Positions 1 to 7,669 of a stretch of DNA of 32,000 nt are shown here, one piece after another (position 1 is the stretch's first letter; each line of letters starts with the position of its first letter). Location of the stretch: assembly GCA_964640155.1 (NCBI GenBank), contig CAZXEQ010000003.1:284189-316188 (forward strand), in the 5' to 3' direction. The DNA comes from an uncultured bacterium. GTDB lineage: Bacteria > Auribacterota > JACPWU01. The position numbers and the translations under genes were made by a program. Under the pieces are notes generated by a model that searched no databases, was not told the DNA's origin, and worked only from the letters and a program-made list of their open reading frames with translations.

Positions 1-472
1 ATTCATTGACATTAGGGATTGTAGCACTGAGGGCTAAGATTCGAATTTTTTGAGGGGTAAAAAGCAAAGATTCTTCCCAAACTGTCCCACGTTCTGGATC
101 ATCTAAATAATGCACTTCATCAAATATCACCCAGCCGGTTCTTTCAATGCGCTGATGACTTTCAAAAAGGCAATTTCGATAGATTTCTGCAGTCATGATC
201 AAAAGAGGTGCATCTTGATTGATAACAACGTCACCTGTAAGTATCCCGACACTTTCTCCATAGCGACCACGAAAGTCTCTATATTTCTGATTGCTAAGGG
301 CTTTGATAGGAGCCGTATAAATGACGCCTTGGCCCTCCGCCATTGCTTTTTCAATCACACGTTCAGCGATGAGGGTTTTTCCAGAACCTGTGGGGGCAGA
401 GATTAAAACAGAATGGCCTTTTTCTATCCACGCAATGGCTTCTTTTTGGAATTGATCTAATTCAAATGTCAT
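1..472 (-). CDS. Superfamily-2 DEAD/DEAH-box helicase (Ski2/HelY-like), N-terminal part; the gene runs off the left edge
   Basis: Open-ended, so absent from the ORF track. Hand reverse-complement translation from ATG 472-470 gives MTFELDQFQKEAIAWIEKGHSVLISAPTGSGKTLIAE (motif I), LLIMTAEI, WVIFDEVHYLDD (motif II DEVH) and LALSATIPN (motif III SAT). Confidence 0.85.
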   Translation of the reverse strand, partial: MTFELDQFQKEAIAWIEKGHSVLISAPTGSGKTLIAERVIEKAMAEGQGVIYTAPIKALSNQKYRDFRGRYGESVGILTGDVVINQDAPLLIMTAEIYRNCLFESHQRIERTGWVIFDEVHYLDDPERGTVWEESLLFTPQKIRILALSATIPNVNE

Positions 473-556
473 GGTTAACTCTTGGGTAGATTATACAGAA
501 GTTATGTGAACTTAGGTCCTGAATTCTTTTTACGTTTTCAAAGGGGGAAGGAAACA

Positions 557-2548
557 ATGAAAGATTCTGCACAATCCATTAATCAGAACGAGCCAATTTT
601 TTACCCACCATCAGATTTGAGCCAGAATGCTTATATCAAAAACCGAGAAGAATATGAGAAGCTTTATCAGCAATCCATTGAACAACCTGAAAAATTTTGG
701 GATGAGCAGGCTCAAGATAATTTGATCTGGTTTAAAAAATGGGAAAAGGTTTTTGAATATGATTTTTCGAAAATTGGGGAAGTAAAAACACCGTATGTTC
801 AATATTTTATCGGGGGGAAATTAAACGTTTCATACAATTGTTTAGATCGTCATTTAACAAGTTCCAGACGTGATAAGGCTGCGATTGTTTGGGTGGGTGA
901 AAACGAAGAAGAAAAGAGGATGCTGACTTATCAAGAGCTTTATACACTTGTCTGTCGTTTTGCCAATGTGCTCAAATCTCAGGGAGTCAAAAAGGGAGAC
1001 CGCATAACTATTTTTCTCCCCATGACTCCAGAGATTGTAGTGGCAGTGTTAGCTTGTGCAAGAATTGGCGCGATTCATTCCGTGGTCTTTTCAGCTTTTA
1101 GTGCAGAAGCGCTTAAAAGTCGTATTCAAGATTGTCAATCGAAGCTTGTGATTACATCTGACATCGGTTTTCATGGTGGAAAACAAATTGAATTAAAAGC
1201 AAAAGTGGATGAAGCTTTGCGTGATTGTCCAACGGTTGAACATGTCATTGTATACAATCGCGGAAATCAGAATGTTCAGATGCAAAAGGGCCACGATTTG
1301 TGGTGGCATGAGCTGATGAGCCAAACAAGTTTTTCTTCTGAATGCCCCGCTGAAGAAATGGACGCCGAAGATCCTCTTTTTATTCTCTACACCAGTGGTT
1401 CTACAGGAAAACCTAAGGGAGTTTTGCACACTTCTGGGGGATATCTTCTTTATGCCCATTTAACTTTTAAATGGGTTTTTGATGTGAAAGAGGAAGACCT
1501 TTTTTGGTGTACGGCTGACATTGGTTGGATCACAGGACATTCGTATGTCATTTATGGGCCTCTTTCCAATGGAGCAACTGTTTTGATATTTGAAGGAATT
1601 CCTACTTATCCTGAACCAAATCGTTTTTGGAAAATTATTGAAGACTATAAAGTCACTATTTTCTATACAGCCCCTACTGCGATTAGAGCTCTCATGAGAT
1701 TGGGAGATGAATGGCCCAATCAGCATGATTTATCTTCTTTGCGAATTTTGGGAAGTGTAGGAGAGCCTATTAATCCAGCCGCATGGTTATGGTATCACCG
1801 GGTGATTGGAAAGGAACGTTGTCCTGTGATAGATACATGGTGGCAGACTGAAACAGGTGGAATGATGATTACGCCTCTTGCGGGAGCTTTGCCAACCAAA
1901 CCAGGGTCTACCTCAAAACCTTTTTTTGGAATTGTTCCTGAAATTTTAAAATATGATGGCTCAAAAGTAGATACGAATGAAACGGGCTGTCTTGTGATTA
2001 CGAAACCTTGGCCGGGGATGCTTCGAGGCGTATATGGCGATCAAAAAAATGAAAGCATCAAAAAAGTTTATTTTTCACAATTGCCTGGAAAGTATTTTAC
2101 AGGGGATGGTTGCCGAGTTGATGAAGATGGTTTTTACTGGCTTCAAGGCCGCATCGATGATGTGATCAATGTATCAGGACATCGCATCAGCACAGCCGAA
2201 TTAGAGCATGCCTTGGTTTCTCATGAAAAGGTTGCAGAAACAGCCGTGGTTGCATTTCCTCATGATATCAAAGGACAGGGAATTTATTGTTTCGTGACTT
2301 TAAAAAAAGAACAAAAGGCATCTGTTGACCTTGAAAAAGAATTGATTAAACATGTTCGAAAAATGATAGGTCCTATTGCAAAGCCAGATAAAATTCAGTT
2401 TAGTGATGCCTTACCTAAAACAAGATCCGGAAAAATCATGCGACGTATTTTAAGAAAAATTGCAGAGGGAGAGATTGGATCTTTAGGAGATACTTCAACT
2501 CTAGCGGATCCTTCGGTAGTAGATGTGCTGGTGAAAGGGAGAAAGTAA
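557..2548 (+). CDS. acs: Acetyl-CoA synthetase (AMP-forming)
   Basis: ORF 482..2548. AMP-binding signature LYTSGSTGKPKGV, WWQTETGG, and C-terminal PKTRSGKIMRR typical of Acs. I prefer ATG 557 (MKDSAQ...), preceded by AAGGGGGAAGG, over the TTG at 482. Confidence 0.93.
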   Translation: MKDSAQSINQNEPIFYPPSDLSQNAYIKNREEYEKLYQQSIEQPEKFWDEQAQDNLIWFKKWEKVFEYDFSKIGEVKTPYVQYFIGGKLNVSYNCLDRHLTSSRRDKAAIVWVGENEEEKRMLTYQELYTLVCRFANVLKSQGVKKGDRITIFLPMTPEIVVAVLACARIGAIHSVVFSAFSAEALKSRIQDCQSKLVITSDIGFHGGKQIELKAKVDEALRDCPTVEHVIVYNRGNQNVQMQKGHDLWWHELMSQTSFSSECPAEEMDAEDPLFILYTSGSTGKPKGVLHTSGGYLLYAHLTFKWVFDVKEEDLFWCTADIGWITGHSYVIYGPLSNGATVLIFEGIPTYPEPNRFWKIIEDYKVTIFYTAPTAIRALMRLGDEWPNQHDLSSLRILGSVGEPINPAAWLWYHRVIGKERCPVIDTWWQTETGGMMITPLAGALPTKPGSTSKPFFGIVPEILKYDGSKVDTNETGCLVITKPWPGMLRGVYGDQKNESIKKVYFSQLPGKYFTGDGCRVDEDGFYWLQGRIDDVINVSGHRISTAELEHALVSHEKVAETAVVAFPHDIKGQGIYCFVTLKKEQKASVDLEKELIKHVRKMIGPIAKPDKIQFSDALPKTRSGKIMRRILRKIAEGEIGSLGDTSTLADPSVVDVLVKGRK

Positions 2549-2555
2549 AGATTAA

Positions 2556-3893
2556 ATGCCACTAAGCATGATAGTTGTCATTGCCTGCCTTATGAGGTCT
2601 GTTTTAGCTCTTGTTGCTTTTCTTTTCACAAAAGATCTCTCTATTTTCTATTCACCTGATACAAAATCCTATCTTCAACTTGCTCAAAATCTTATTTTAA
2701 ATGGGCGGTTTGGAATAGAGGGTCTTCCTGAAATTGTTCGTACGCCGGGTTATCCTATTTTTTTAATTCCTGGAATTTGGGTGGGACATGTTGAATGGGT
2801 GACGTTGACTTTGCAAATTCTTTTGAGCGGAGTAAGTGTTTATCTTGTTTATAAAATTACTTTTTTAATCTTTGAAAATGAAAAAATCTCAAAATCTTCA
2901 GCTTCGTTCTATGCAATTGAACCCCTGAGCGTTTTATATGCTATAAAACTTTTACCTGAAACATTTTTTACGACTGCTATTCTTGTTTTTCTTTATTTTA
3001 TAATATCTTTTTTAAAGACGAATCGACCTCTGTTTATTCTTATTTCTGCGATAGCTCTGTCTCTTTCTGTCTATATCAAGCCTATTAGTTGTTTTCTTTC
3101 TTGGACGATGATATTGATTCTTGGGGTATATTTTTTAATGAAAAAACAATTTAGTCGCTTGAAGTATCTTTTTCTCTTTGGTGTGATTTGCATTGGGTTT
3201 ATGGGTGTTTGGGAATTTAGAAATTATAAGTTAGCAGATTATTCAAAGTTTTCTGCCATTCAGGATGTGAATCTCTATTTTTATCAGGGAGCTTCTGTGA
3301 CTGCTCGAGTTTCCAATACCTCCTTTTATAAAATGCAAAATGAGATGGGATACCATGACGAAGAAATTTTTTTAAAACGAAATCCAGAGTATGTAAGATT
3401 AAATAAGGCACAAAGATATAAAAAAATGGGTGAGGAGGGCATAAAAATATTATTGCAACATCCGATGATTTATATGGCGATTCATATCAAAGGAATGCTT
3501 CGAACTTTATTAGATCCTGTCGCTGTTGAATATTTAAAGTTATTTAAGCAATATCCCGTATCTGGAGAATTGTTAGGGGAAGTTGTAGATCGAGGTATTC
3601 TTAAAACTTTTTTTCATTTGTTAAGAAAAAGTCCTCTTGCTTTTTGGAGCCATGTTTTTTTAGGTGGAATCCTTTGTTTTTATCTTGTCCTCTCGTTGTT
3701 AGGATTCTTAAAAGCTAGATGCGACAGTTACGGAGTTTATTTTTCTATTTTAATGATGATGTCACTTTATTTTTGGATTCTTTCAGGAGGACCTCAAAGT
3801 TTAGGGCGCTTTCGACATTCTATTATGCCAATTGTGTGTATGATGGCAGGATTGGGATGGGAGAAATTAAAAAAGAAGAATTTTACTGCATGA
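2556..3893 (+). CDS. Polytopic membrane glycosyltransferase, GT-C fold (ArnT/PMT, GT39-like)
   Basis: 445 aa with many hydrophobic segments. The N-terminal loop (SPDTKSYLQLAQNL...GRFG...RTPGYPIFL) resembles ArnT/PMT-family loops. It is 8 nt after the acs stop, and its stop overlaps the next start (ATGA). Confidence 0.55.
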   Translation: MPLSMIVVIACLMRSVLALVAFLFTKDLSIFYSPDTKSYLQLAQNLILNGRFGIEGLPEIVRTPGYPIFLIPGIWVGHVEWVTLTLQILLSGVSVYLVYKITFLIFENEKISKSSASFYAIEPLSVLYAIKLLPETFFTTAILVFLYFIISFLKTNRPLFILISAIALSLSVYIKPISCFLSWTMILILGVYFLMKKQFSRLKYLFLFGVICIGFMGVWEFRNYKLADYSKFSAIQDVNLYFYQGASVTARVSNTSFYKMQNEMGYHDEEIFLKRNPEYVRLNKAQRYKKMGEEGIKILLQHPMIYMAIHIKGMLRTLLDPVAVEYLKLFKQYPVSGELLGEVVDRGILKTFFHLLRKSPLAFWSHVFLGGILCFYLVLSLLGFLKARCDSYGVYFSILMMMSLYFWILSGGPQSLGRFRHSIMPIVCMMAGLGWEKLKKKNFTA

Positions 3894-4219
3894 AAACCAT
3901 TTTACTTTTAACAATATCCAATATTTTTATGACTTTTGCTTGGTACGGTCATCTTAAGTTTAAACAATCCGCTCTTTGGAAGGTGATTATCATTAGTTGG
4001 TTGATTGCTTTTGCAGAATACTGTTTTCAGGTTCCGGCCAATCGTATAGGGCATGCTTCTTTTACTGCTGCGCAACTTAAGACCATTCAAGAAGTGATTA
4101 CTTTGGTCGTATTCTGTATTTTTTCAGTTCTTTATTTGAAAGAGCCTTTGAAATGGAATTATGTTGTAGGTTTTACCATGATTATTGGGGCCGTCTTTTT
4201 CATCTTTAAAAAATGGTAA
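3890..4219 (+). CDS. Small DMT-superfamily membrane protein (DUF486 family)
   Basis: The internal start MKTILLLTISNIFMTFAWYGHLKF matches the DUF486 N-terminus as I remember it (~110 aa, 4 TM). ATG 3890 overlaps the upstream TGA (ATGA). The 3719 start in the track would overlap the previous gene by 170 nt. Confidence 0.7.
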   Translation: MKTILLLTISNIFMTFAWYGHLKFKQSALWKVIIISWLIAFAEYCFQVPANRIGHASFTAAQLKTIQEVITLVVFCIFSVLYLKEPLKWNYVVGFTMIIGAVFFIFKKW

Positions 4220-4229
4220 ATTTATTCAG

Positions 4230-5291
4230 ATGAAAAAGCTTATTGAAAATAGAATTAGTAAGGCGCTTGAAAATAAAGTTTTTCCAGGCTGTGTGATTGG
4301 TGTTGTTGATCATAAAGGACAAAGATTCGTTTGGCCGTTTGGTCAGTATACGGATGAGAAAAACTCAAAATCTATCTCAAGCGATTCTATTTTTGATGTA
4401 GCTTCTATCACTAAAGCAATTCCGACTGCATCTCTGGCTTTAAAATTAATTGAAGAAAAACTTATTAAGCTTAATGATCGGGTAGCTGATTTTATTCCTG
4501 AACTTAAGAATTCCTATCGAGATGAAATTAAAATATCTCACTTATTAACTCAAACATTAGATTATGGTGTTAGGCTTTCGTCTTATAAGGATAAAACCGC
4601 AGATGAAATTCTAGAAATTATTTTTGGGTTTGAGTTAAAAAGTAAGCCTGGTACAAGATTTTCTTATTCCAATGCAACCAGTATTCTTTTAGGGCTTGTT
4701 ATTGAAAGCATTAAAGGGATTAAATTAGATCTTTTGGCTCGTGACTATTTTTTTGATCTTTTAAAAATGAGAGACACAACTTTTCATCCTCAACAGCTGG
4801 ATAAAGAAAGGGTTGTGCCTACAGAAAGAGATCCTTGGAGAGGGCGTGTTGTGCATGCAGAGGTTCATGATGAAAGTGCGTTTCTACTTAGTCAAAAGGG
4901 TGTTGTGGTTGGCTCAGCGGGTTTATTCTCGACTGTTTCAGATCTTCTAAACTTCTTAGAAATGCTTTTGCGTGGAGGCATGCTTGCTGGAAATAAGATT
5001 TTTTCTGATAAAACTATTTCTTTGTTAAATCAAAACTGGCTTCAAGGGCTTTCTGAAGAAACAAGTTTAGGATGGGAGCTTAATCAAAAATTTTATATGG
5101 GTCAATTATCATCAGATCAGACGATAGGGAAAACAGGCTTTACAGGTTGTTCTTGCGTGATTGATTTTAAAAAAAATAAGGCGTTTGTGCTTTTATCCAA
5201 CTATACTTATCCGCATCGAAAGCCGAATTCTAGTTTAATTCATGAAGTTAGAAGAGATATTGCGGATATTGTTTGGGAGAATAACTTTTAG
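4230..5291 (+). CDS. Serine hydrolase, beta-lactamase / PBP fold (class C-like)
   Basis: All three motifs are present: SITK (SxxK), YSN (YxN) and KTGFTG (KTG). I prefer ATG 4230 (MKKLIENRI) over the 4185 start, which overlaps the previous gene. Confidence 0.8.
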   Translation: MKKLIENRISKALENKVFPGCVIGVVDHKGQRFVWPFGQYTDEKNSKSISSDSIFDVASITKAIPTASLALKLIEEKLIKLNDRVADFIPELKNSYRDEIKISHLLTQTLDYGVRLSSYKDKTADEILEIIFGFELKSKPGTRFSYSNATSILLGLVIESIKGIKLDLLARDYFFDLLKMRDTTFHPQQLDKERVVPTERDPWRGRVVHAEVHDESAFLLSQKGVVVGSAGLFSTVSDLLNFLEMLLRGGMLAGNKIFSDKTISLLNQNWLQGLSEETSLGWELNQKFYMGQLSSDQTIGKTGFTGCSCVIDFKKNKAFVLLSNYTYPHRKPNSSLIHEVRRDIADIVWENNF

Positions 5292-5333
5292 TAAGAAGTT
5301 TTTAGAGATTTCAACTTGTATATAGGAGCTGTT

Positions 5334-5993
5334 ATGGACTGGATAAAGAGTTTTATTGATTTTTTTCTTCATTTAGATCATCACCTGCAAGCGGTTATTT
5401 CTCATTGTGGAGTTTGGACTTATGTCATTCTTTTTTTAATTGTTTTTTGTGAAACGGGATTGGTAGTAACTCCGATCCTTCCAGGTGACTCTTTACTTTT
5501 TGCAGCAGGTGCTTTTGCTGCAACAGGTTCATTTGAGATTAAAATTTTAATTGGTCTTCTTTGCATTGCTGCAGTTTTGGGCGATACCTTAAATTATTGG
5601 ATTGGTTTTTTATTGGGGCCCAAGGTGTTTCATAAAGAAGAAAGCTGGTTTCTAAAAAAGAAATATTTAGATCGAACACATCAGTTCTATGAAAAGTATG
5701 GAGCCCAAACCATTATTCTTGCTCGTTTTGTTCCTATTGTGAGAACATTTGCTCCTTTTATTGCTGGAATTGGGCGTATGAAATATGGGAAATTTTTTGC
5801 ATATAATGTGATAGGAGGTATTTTTTGGATATTGCTCTTTGTGTTGGGCGGTTATTATTTTGGTAATTTACCTGTTGTGAAGAAAAATTTTACATTAGTG
5901 ATTCTCGCTATTATTGTTATCTCGATCCTTCCAGGAGTGATTGAATATTTGAGACATCGCAAGAAGCGAGAGGCTGGATATACAACGAAGTAG
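5334..5993 (+). CDS. DedA family (SNARE-associated) inner-membrane protein
   Basis: [19 protein letters not shown] and [14 protein letters not shown] motifs, ~220 aa, multi-TM. ATG 5334 is preceded by TAGGAG; the track start at 5316 is a TTG. Confidence 0.85.
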   Translation: MDWIKSFIDFFLHLDHHLQAVISHCGVWTYVILFLIVFCETGLVVTPILPGDSLLFAAGAFAATGSFEIKILIGLLCIAAVLGDTLNYWIGFLLGPKVFHKEESWFLKKKYLDRTHQFYEKYGAQTIILARFVPIVRTFAPFIAGIGRMKYGKFFAYNVIGGIFWILLFVLGGYYFGNLPVVKKNFTLVILAIIVISILPGVIEYLRHRKKREAGYTTK

Positions 5994-6070
5994 TGCCGAT
6001 CTTTAAAAGAAAATAATAAAAAGGTGCAACGAAGTAGTGACGATTCTTAAAAAGTAATAATAGAGAGGCA
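5983..6070. repeat. Tandem direct repeat, 2 x ~44 nt; copy 1 contains the last codons and stop of the DedA gene
   Basis: Copy 1, caacgaagtagtgccgatctttaaaagaaaataataaaaaggtg (5983-6026), aligns with copy 2, caacgaagtagtgacgattcttaaaaagtaataatagagaggca (6027-~6070). The first 13 nt are identical and the rest is diverged. Confidence 0.75.
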
Positions 6071-6161
6071 CAATAACGGCCTGTACAAGTTCGAGATTTT
6101 TGTGTATTTTCTTCGGGAAAGTCGAGAATAGGAAACCTATAGTTTTCTTTCTTGAGAGGAA

Positions 6162-6183
6162 CAAAAGCTTCGAAGAAATTTTG
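6162..6183 (+). repeat. Conserved tRNA leader box, copy 1 (caaaagcttcgaagaaattttg), ending 8 nt before tRNA-Arg(UCG)
   Basis: 21/22 nt identical to 6439..6460, at the same 8-nt distance from the tRNA 5' end. Contains the 8-nt palindrome cttcgaag. Confidence 0.8.
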
Positions 6184-6190
6184 TGAGGAT

Positions 6191-6264
6191 GCGCCCGTAG
6201 CTCATTCGGATAGAGCGATTGGCTTCGAACCAATAGGCAGCAGGTTCGATTCCTGCCGGGCGCA
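6191..6264 (+). tRNA. tRNA-Arg (anticodon UCG)
   Basis: Hand-folded cloverleaf: gcgcccg/ta/gctc-attcggata-gagc/g/attgg-cTTCGaa-ccaat/aggca/gcagg-ttcgatt-cctgc/cgggcgc/a. 74 nt, no encoded CCA. Confidence 0.88.
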
Positions 6265-6335
6265 CGAGTTTCGATAAAAAAGTCATAAACTAGTGGGAGT
6301 TGAGGGGGGAATAAAGTTTGGAATTTTATAATAAT

Positions 6336-6407
6336 GCCCCCATAGCTCAACGGATAGAGTACTAGCCTCCGGAGCTAGTGGTGCAGGTTCAATTCCTGCT
6401 GGGGGCA
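6336..6407 (+). tRNA. tRNA-Arg (anticodon CCG)
   Basis: Cloverleaf: gccccca/ta/gctc-aacggata-gagt/a/ctagc-ctCCGga-gctag/tggt/gcagg-ttcaatt-cctgc/tgggggc/a. 72 nt, no encoded CCA. Confidence 0.88.
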
Positions 6408-6438
6408 CGAAGCGCTATAATTACTTTTTTGCAAGGAG

Positions 6439-6460
6439 CAAAAGCTTCGAAGAAGTTTTG
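6439..6460 (+). repeat. Conserved tRNA leader box, copy 2 (caaaagcttcgaagaagttttg), ending 8 nt before tRNA-Arg(UCU)
   Basis: See 6162..6183. Confidence 0.8.
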
Positions 6461-6467
6461 ACATGAC

Positions 6468-6541
6468 GCGCCCGTAGCTCAGTTGGATAGAGCATCTGCC
6501 TTCTAAGCAGAGGGTCACAGGTTCGAATCCTGTCGGGCGCA
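6468..6541 (+). tRNA. tRNA-Arg (anticodon UCU)
   Basis: Cloverleaf: gcgcccg/ta/gctc-agttggata-gagc/a/tctgc-ctTCTaa-gcaga/gggtc/acagg-ttcgaat-cctgt/cgggcgc/a. 74 nt. The acceptor stem is identical to that of tRNA-Arg(UCG). Confidence 0.9.
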
Positions 6542-6596
6542 CGAATTTTTGAAAAAATGAGTGCCATAATCCTTACATTAACGAAAGGATTCGAAT

Positions 6597-6691
6597 GGAG
6601 GCGAGCGCCTCCTGTGGAGGAAAAGCGAGGGCGGGAGCCCGAACGAAAGCGAGCCGGCTGGCCGACCGAAGTCCCGAAGGGACGTAGGCGC
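6597..6691. other. GC-rich (about 70% G+C by hand count) structured insert of unknown nature, in a ~36% GC genome
   Basis: Local hairpins are visible: ggaggc-gagc-gcctcc (6597-6612), gtccc-gaa-gggac (6671-6683), and an upstream AT-rich hairpin aatcctt...aaggatt (6568-6591). The motifs gcgag and ccgaa recur. No ORF of meaningful size. Confidence 0.5.
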
Positions 6692-6709
6692 CGAATCCTG
6701 TCGGGCGCA
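6692..6709 (+). repeat. Orphan 18-nt copy of the tRNA-Arg(UCU) 3' end (T-loop to discriminator); att-like direct repeat
   Basis: cgaatcctgtcgggcgca at 6692-6709 is identical to 6524-6541 inside tRNA-Arg(UCU). No matching 5' acceptor strand or T-stem partner lies upstream, so this is not a complete tRNA. Confidence 0.85.
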
Positions 6710-6774
6710 AAAATTTAGAGTGTAGAGCTAGTGCATAGTATTAGAGTTAAAGCAGAGTTTTTCTCTATTTTGAC

Positions 6775-6852
6775 GGTGGGTGTAGCTCAGCTGGTTAGAG
6801 CGTCTGACTGTGGCTCAGAAGGCCGGGGGTTCAAGTCCCCTCACTCACCCCA
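6775..6852 (+). tRNA. tRNA-His (anticodon GUG), with the extra G-1 and an encoded CCA
   Basis: g(-1)/gtgggtg/ta/gctc-agctggtta-gagc/g/tctga-ctGTGgc-tcaga/aggcc/ggggg-ttcaagt-cccct/cactcac/c/cca. G-1 and discriminator C73 are bacterial tRNA-His identity marks. Confidence 0.9.
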
Positions 6853-6920
6853 AGATTTTTTAAGATAAATCAGATAAGATTTTATGTAGTATAGTAGTGG
6901 TTTTAGCAATAGGAGATACA

Positions 6921-7526
6921 ATGAAACTTAAGTTCTTAAATATTCTAGTGGTTTTTATGCTGAGCTTTATAGAGGTTCAATTAAATGCAGATGAATCAAC
7001 TCAGACTCTTAAGAAGTTGGTTTCTAAACTTAAAGAATTTGAACATTTGGCGCTTGATTTTAAGGATGCTGTAGATATAGGAGAATTGAAAACAGTAAAA
7101 AATCTTTGTTTTAAATTATCTCGATATACAGGGCTTAGCACAGACCTTAATAAAATTGCGGGGCAAATAGAAAAATCACAAGTAGAAGTTCAAAAAATAA
7201 ATACTGAATTAGATGATTACAAAGCTCAAATGGCACAACTACAAGCTAAAAATCAGGAATATGAAAGTCAATTGCAAGAGACTCAGTCCAAGCTTAGCCA
7301 GGCAGAGTTAGATTTATCAACGTGTCGCTCTCAAATGACTTCGTCTCAGGGTAGTGAAAGTAGTTTAAGATTTCAGATTCAAGATTTGAGATCTCAACTT
7401 GATCGCATGCAGAGCAACTACATGAATTGTCAAACAAACCTGTCAAATGCACAGATGGATTTGAAGAATTATCAGGATAAGTCTTCGAATGCCGGAGCTT
7501 CTGCTTCAGAAAAAAGTTTGTCCTAA
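6921..7526 (+). CDS. Secreted Q/S-rich coiled-coil protein, function unknown
   Basis: ATG 6921 follows TAGGAGATACA. The signal-peptide-like N-terminus is MKLKFLNILVVFMLSFIEVQLNA. It is followed by heptad-like Q/L/E/S-rich sequence (QLQAKNQEYESQLQETQSKLSQAELDL...). I recognise no family. Confidence 0.6.
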   Translation: MKLKFLNILVVFMLSFIEVQLNADESTQTLKKLVSKLKEFEHLALDFKDAVDIGELKTVKNLCFKLSRYTGLSTDLNKIAGQIEKSQVEVQKINTELDDYKAQMAQLQAKNQEYESQLQETQSKLSQAELDLSTCRSQMTSSQGSESSLRFQIQDLRSQLDRMQSNYMNCQTNLSNAQMDLKNYQDKSSNAGASASEKSLS

Positions 7527-7555
7527 AATTAATCTATTATATAAATGTAAAAAGA

Positions 7556-7584
7556 TTGATTTGCCTGATTTTTTTCGTTATAAT
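7556..7584 (+). promoter_or_regulatory. Near-consensus sigma70-type promoter (TTGATT - 17 nt - TATAAT)
   Basis: TTGATT at 7556-7561, a 17-nt spacer, and TATAAT at 7579-7584, about 85 nt upstream of the EIIA-like ATG at 7670. Confidence 0.6.
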
Positions 7585-7669
7585 CCCTCTTGCTTAGTGT
7601 TTCATTCTTCTTTCTAAGTTTAGGGAATCATCTAGAGAGTCCATATGATTGGCTTTCAGGAGGGGAGAA

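Noticed and set aside
110-406. 98-aa + strand ORF from the track
   Set aside because: It lies entirely antisense to a helicase reading frame with clear motifs I, II and III. Its sequence is low-complexity with no motifs.
482-556. N-terminal extension of acs from a TTG start
   Set aside because: An ATG at 557 with a strong AAGGGGGAAGG ribosome-binding site lies downstream in frame. The extension has no resemblance to Acs N-termini.
3719-3889. Upstream extension of the DUF486 ORF
   Set aside because: It would overlap the 3' end of the GT-C gene by 170 nt in another frame. The ATGA-coupled start at 3890 gives the expected ~110-aa protein.
6003-6350. 115-aa minus-strand ORF
   Set aside because: It overlaps the antisense of tRNA-Arg(UCG), the start of tRNA-Arg(CCG) and the repeat-rich spacer, so it is almost certainly spurious.
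6595-6687. 30-codon ORF (MEASASCGGKARAGARTKASRLADRSPEGT) inside the GC-rich insert, with AAAGGA upstream
   Set aside because: It is short, its composition simply reflects GC-rich DNA (Ala/Gly/Arg), and there is no supporting evidence. It is mentioned only in case the element proves to be expressed.
6560-6709. GC-rich insert as tmRNA, SRP RNA, RNase P RNA, twister/hammerhead ribozyme, or a tRNA group I intron
   Set aside because: From memory, the diagnostic motifs are not present in the right arrangement. These are the tmRNA tRNA-Ala-like ends, the SRP GGAA-loop/AGCA symmetric loop, the RNase P GAGGAAAGUCC box and the hammerhead CUGAUGA. The element is too short for RNase P or a group I intron, and the duplication is of the tRNA 3' end, not the anticodon loop. 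A weak resemblance of ggaggaaaagcgagggcggg to the twister 3' half is not enough. A covariance-model scan is needed.
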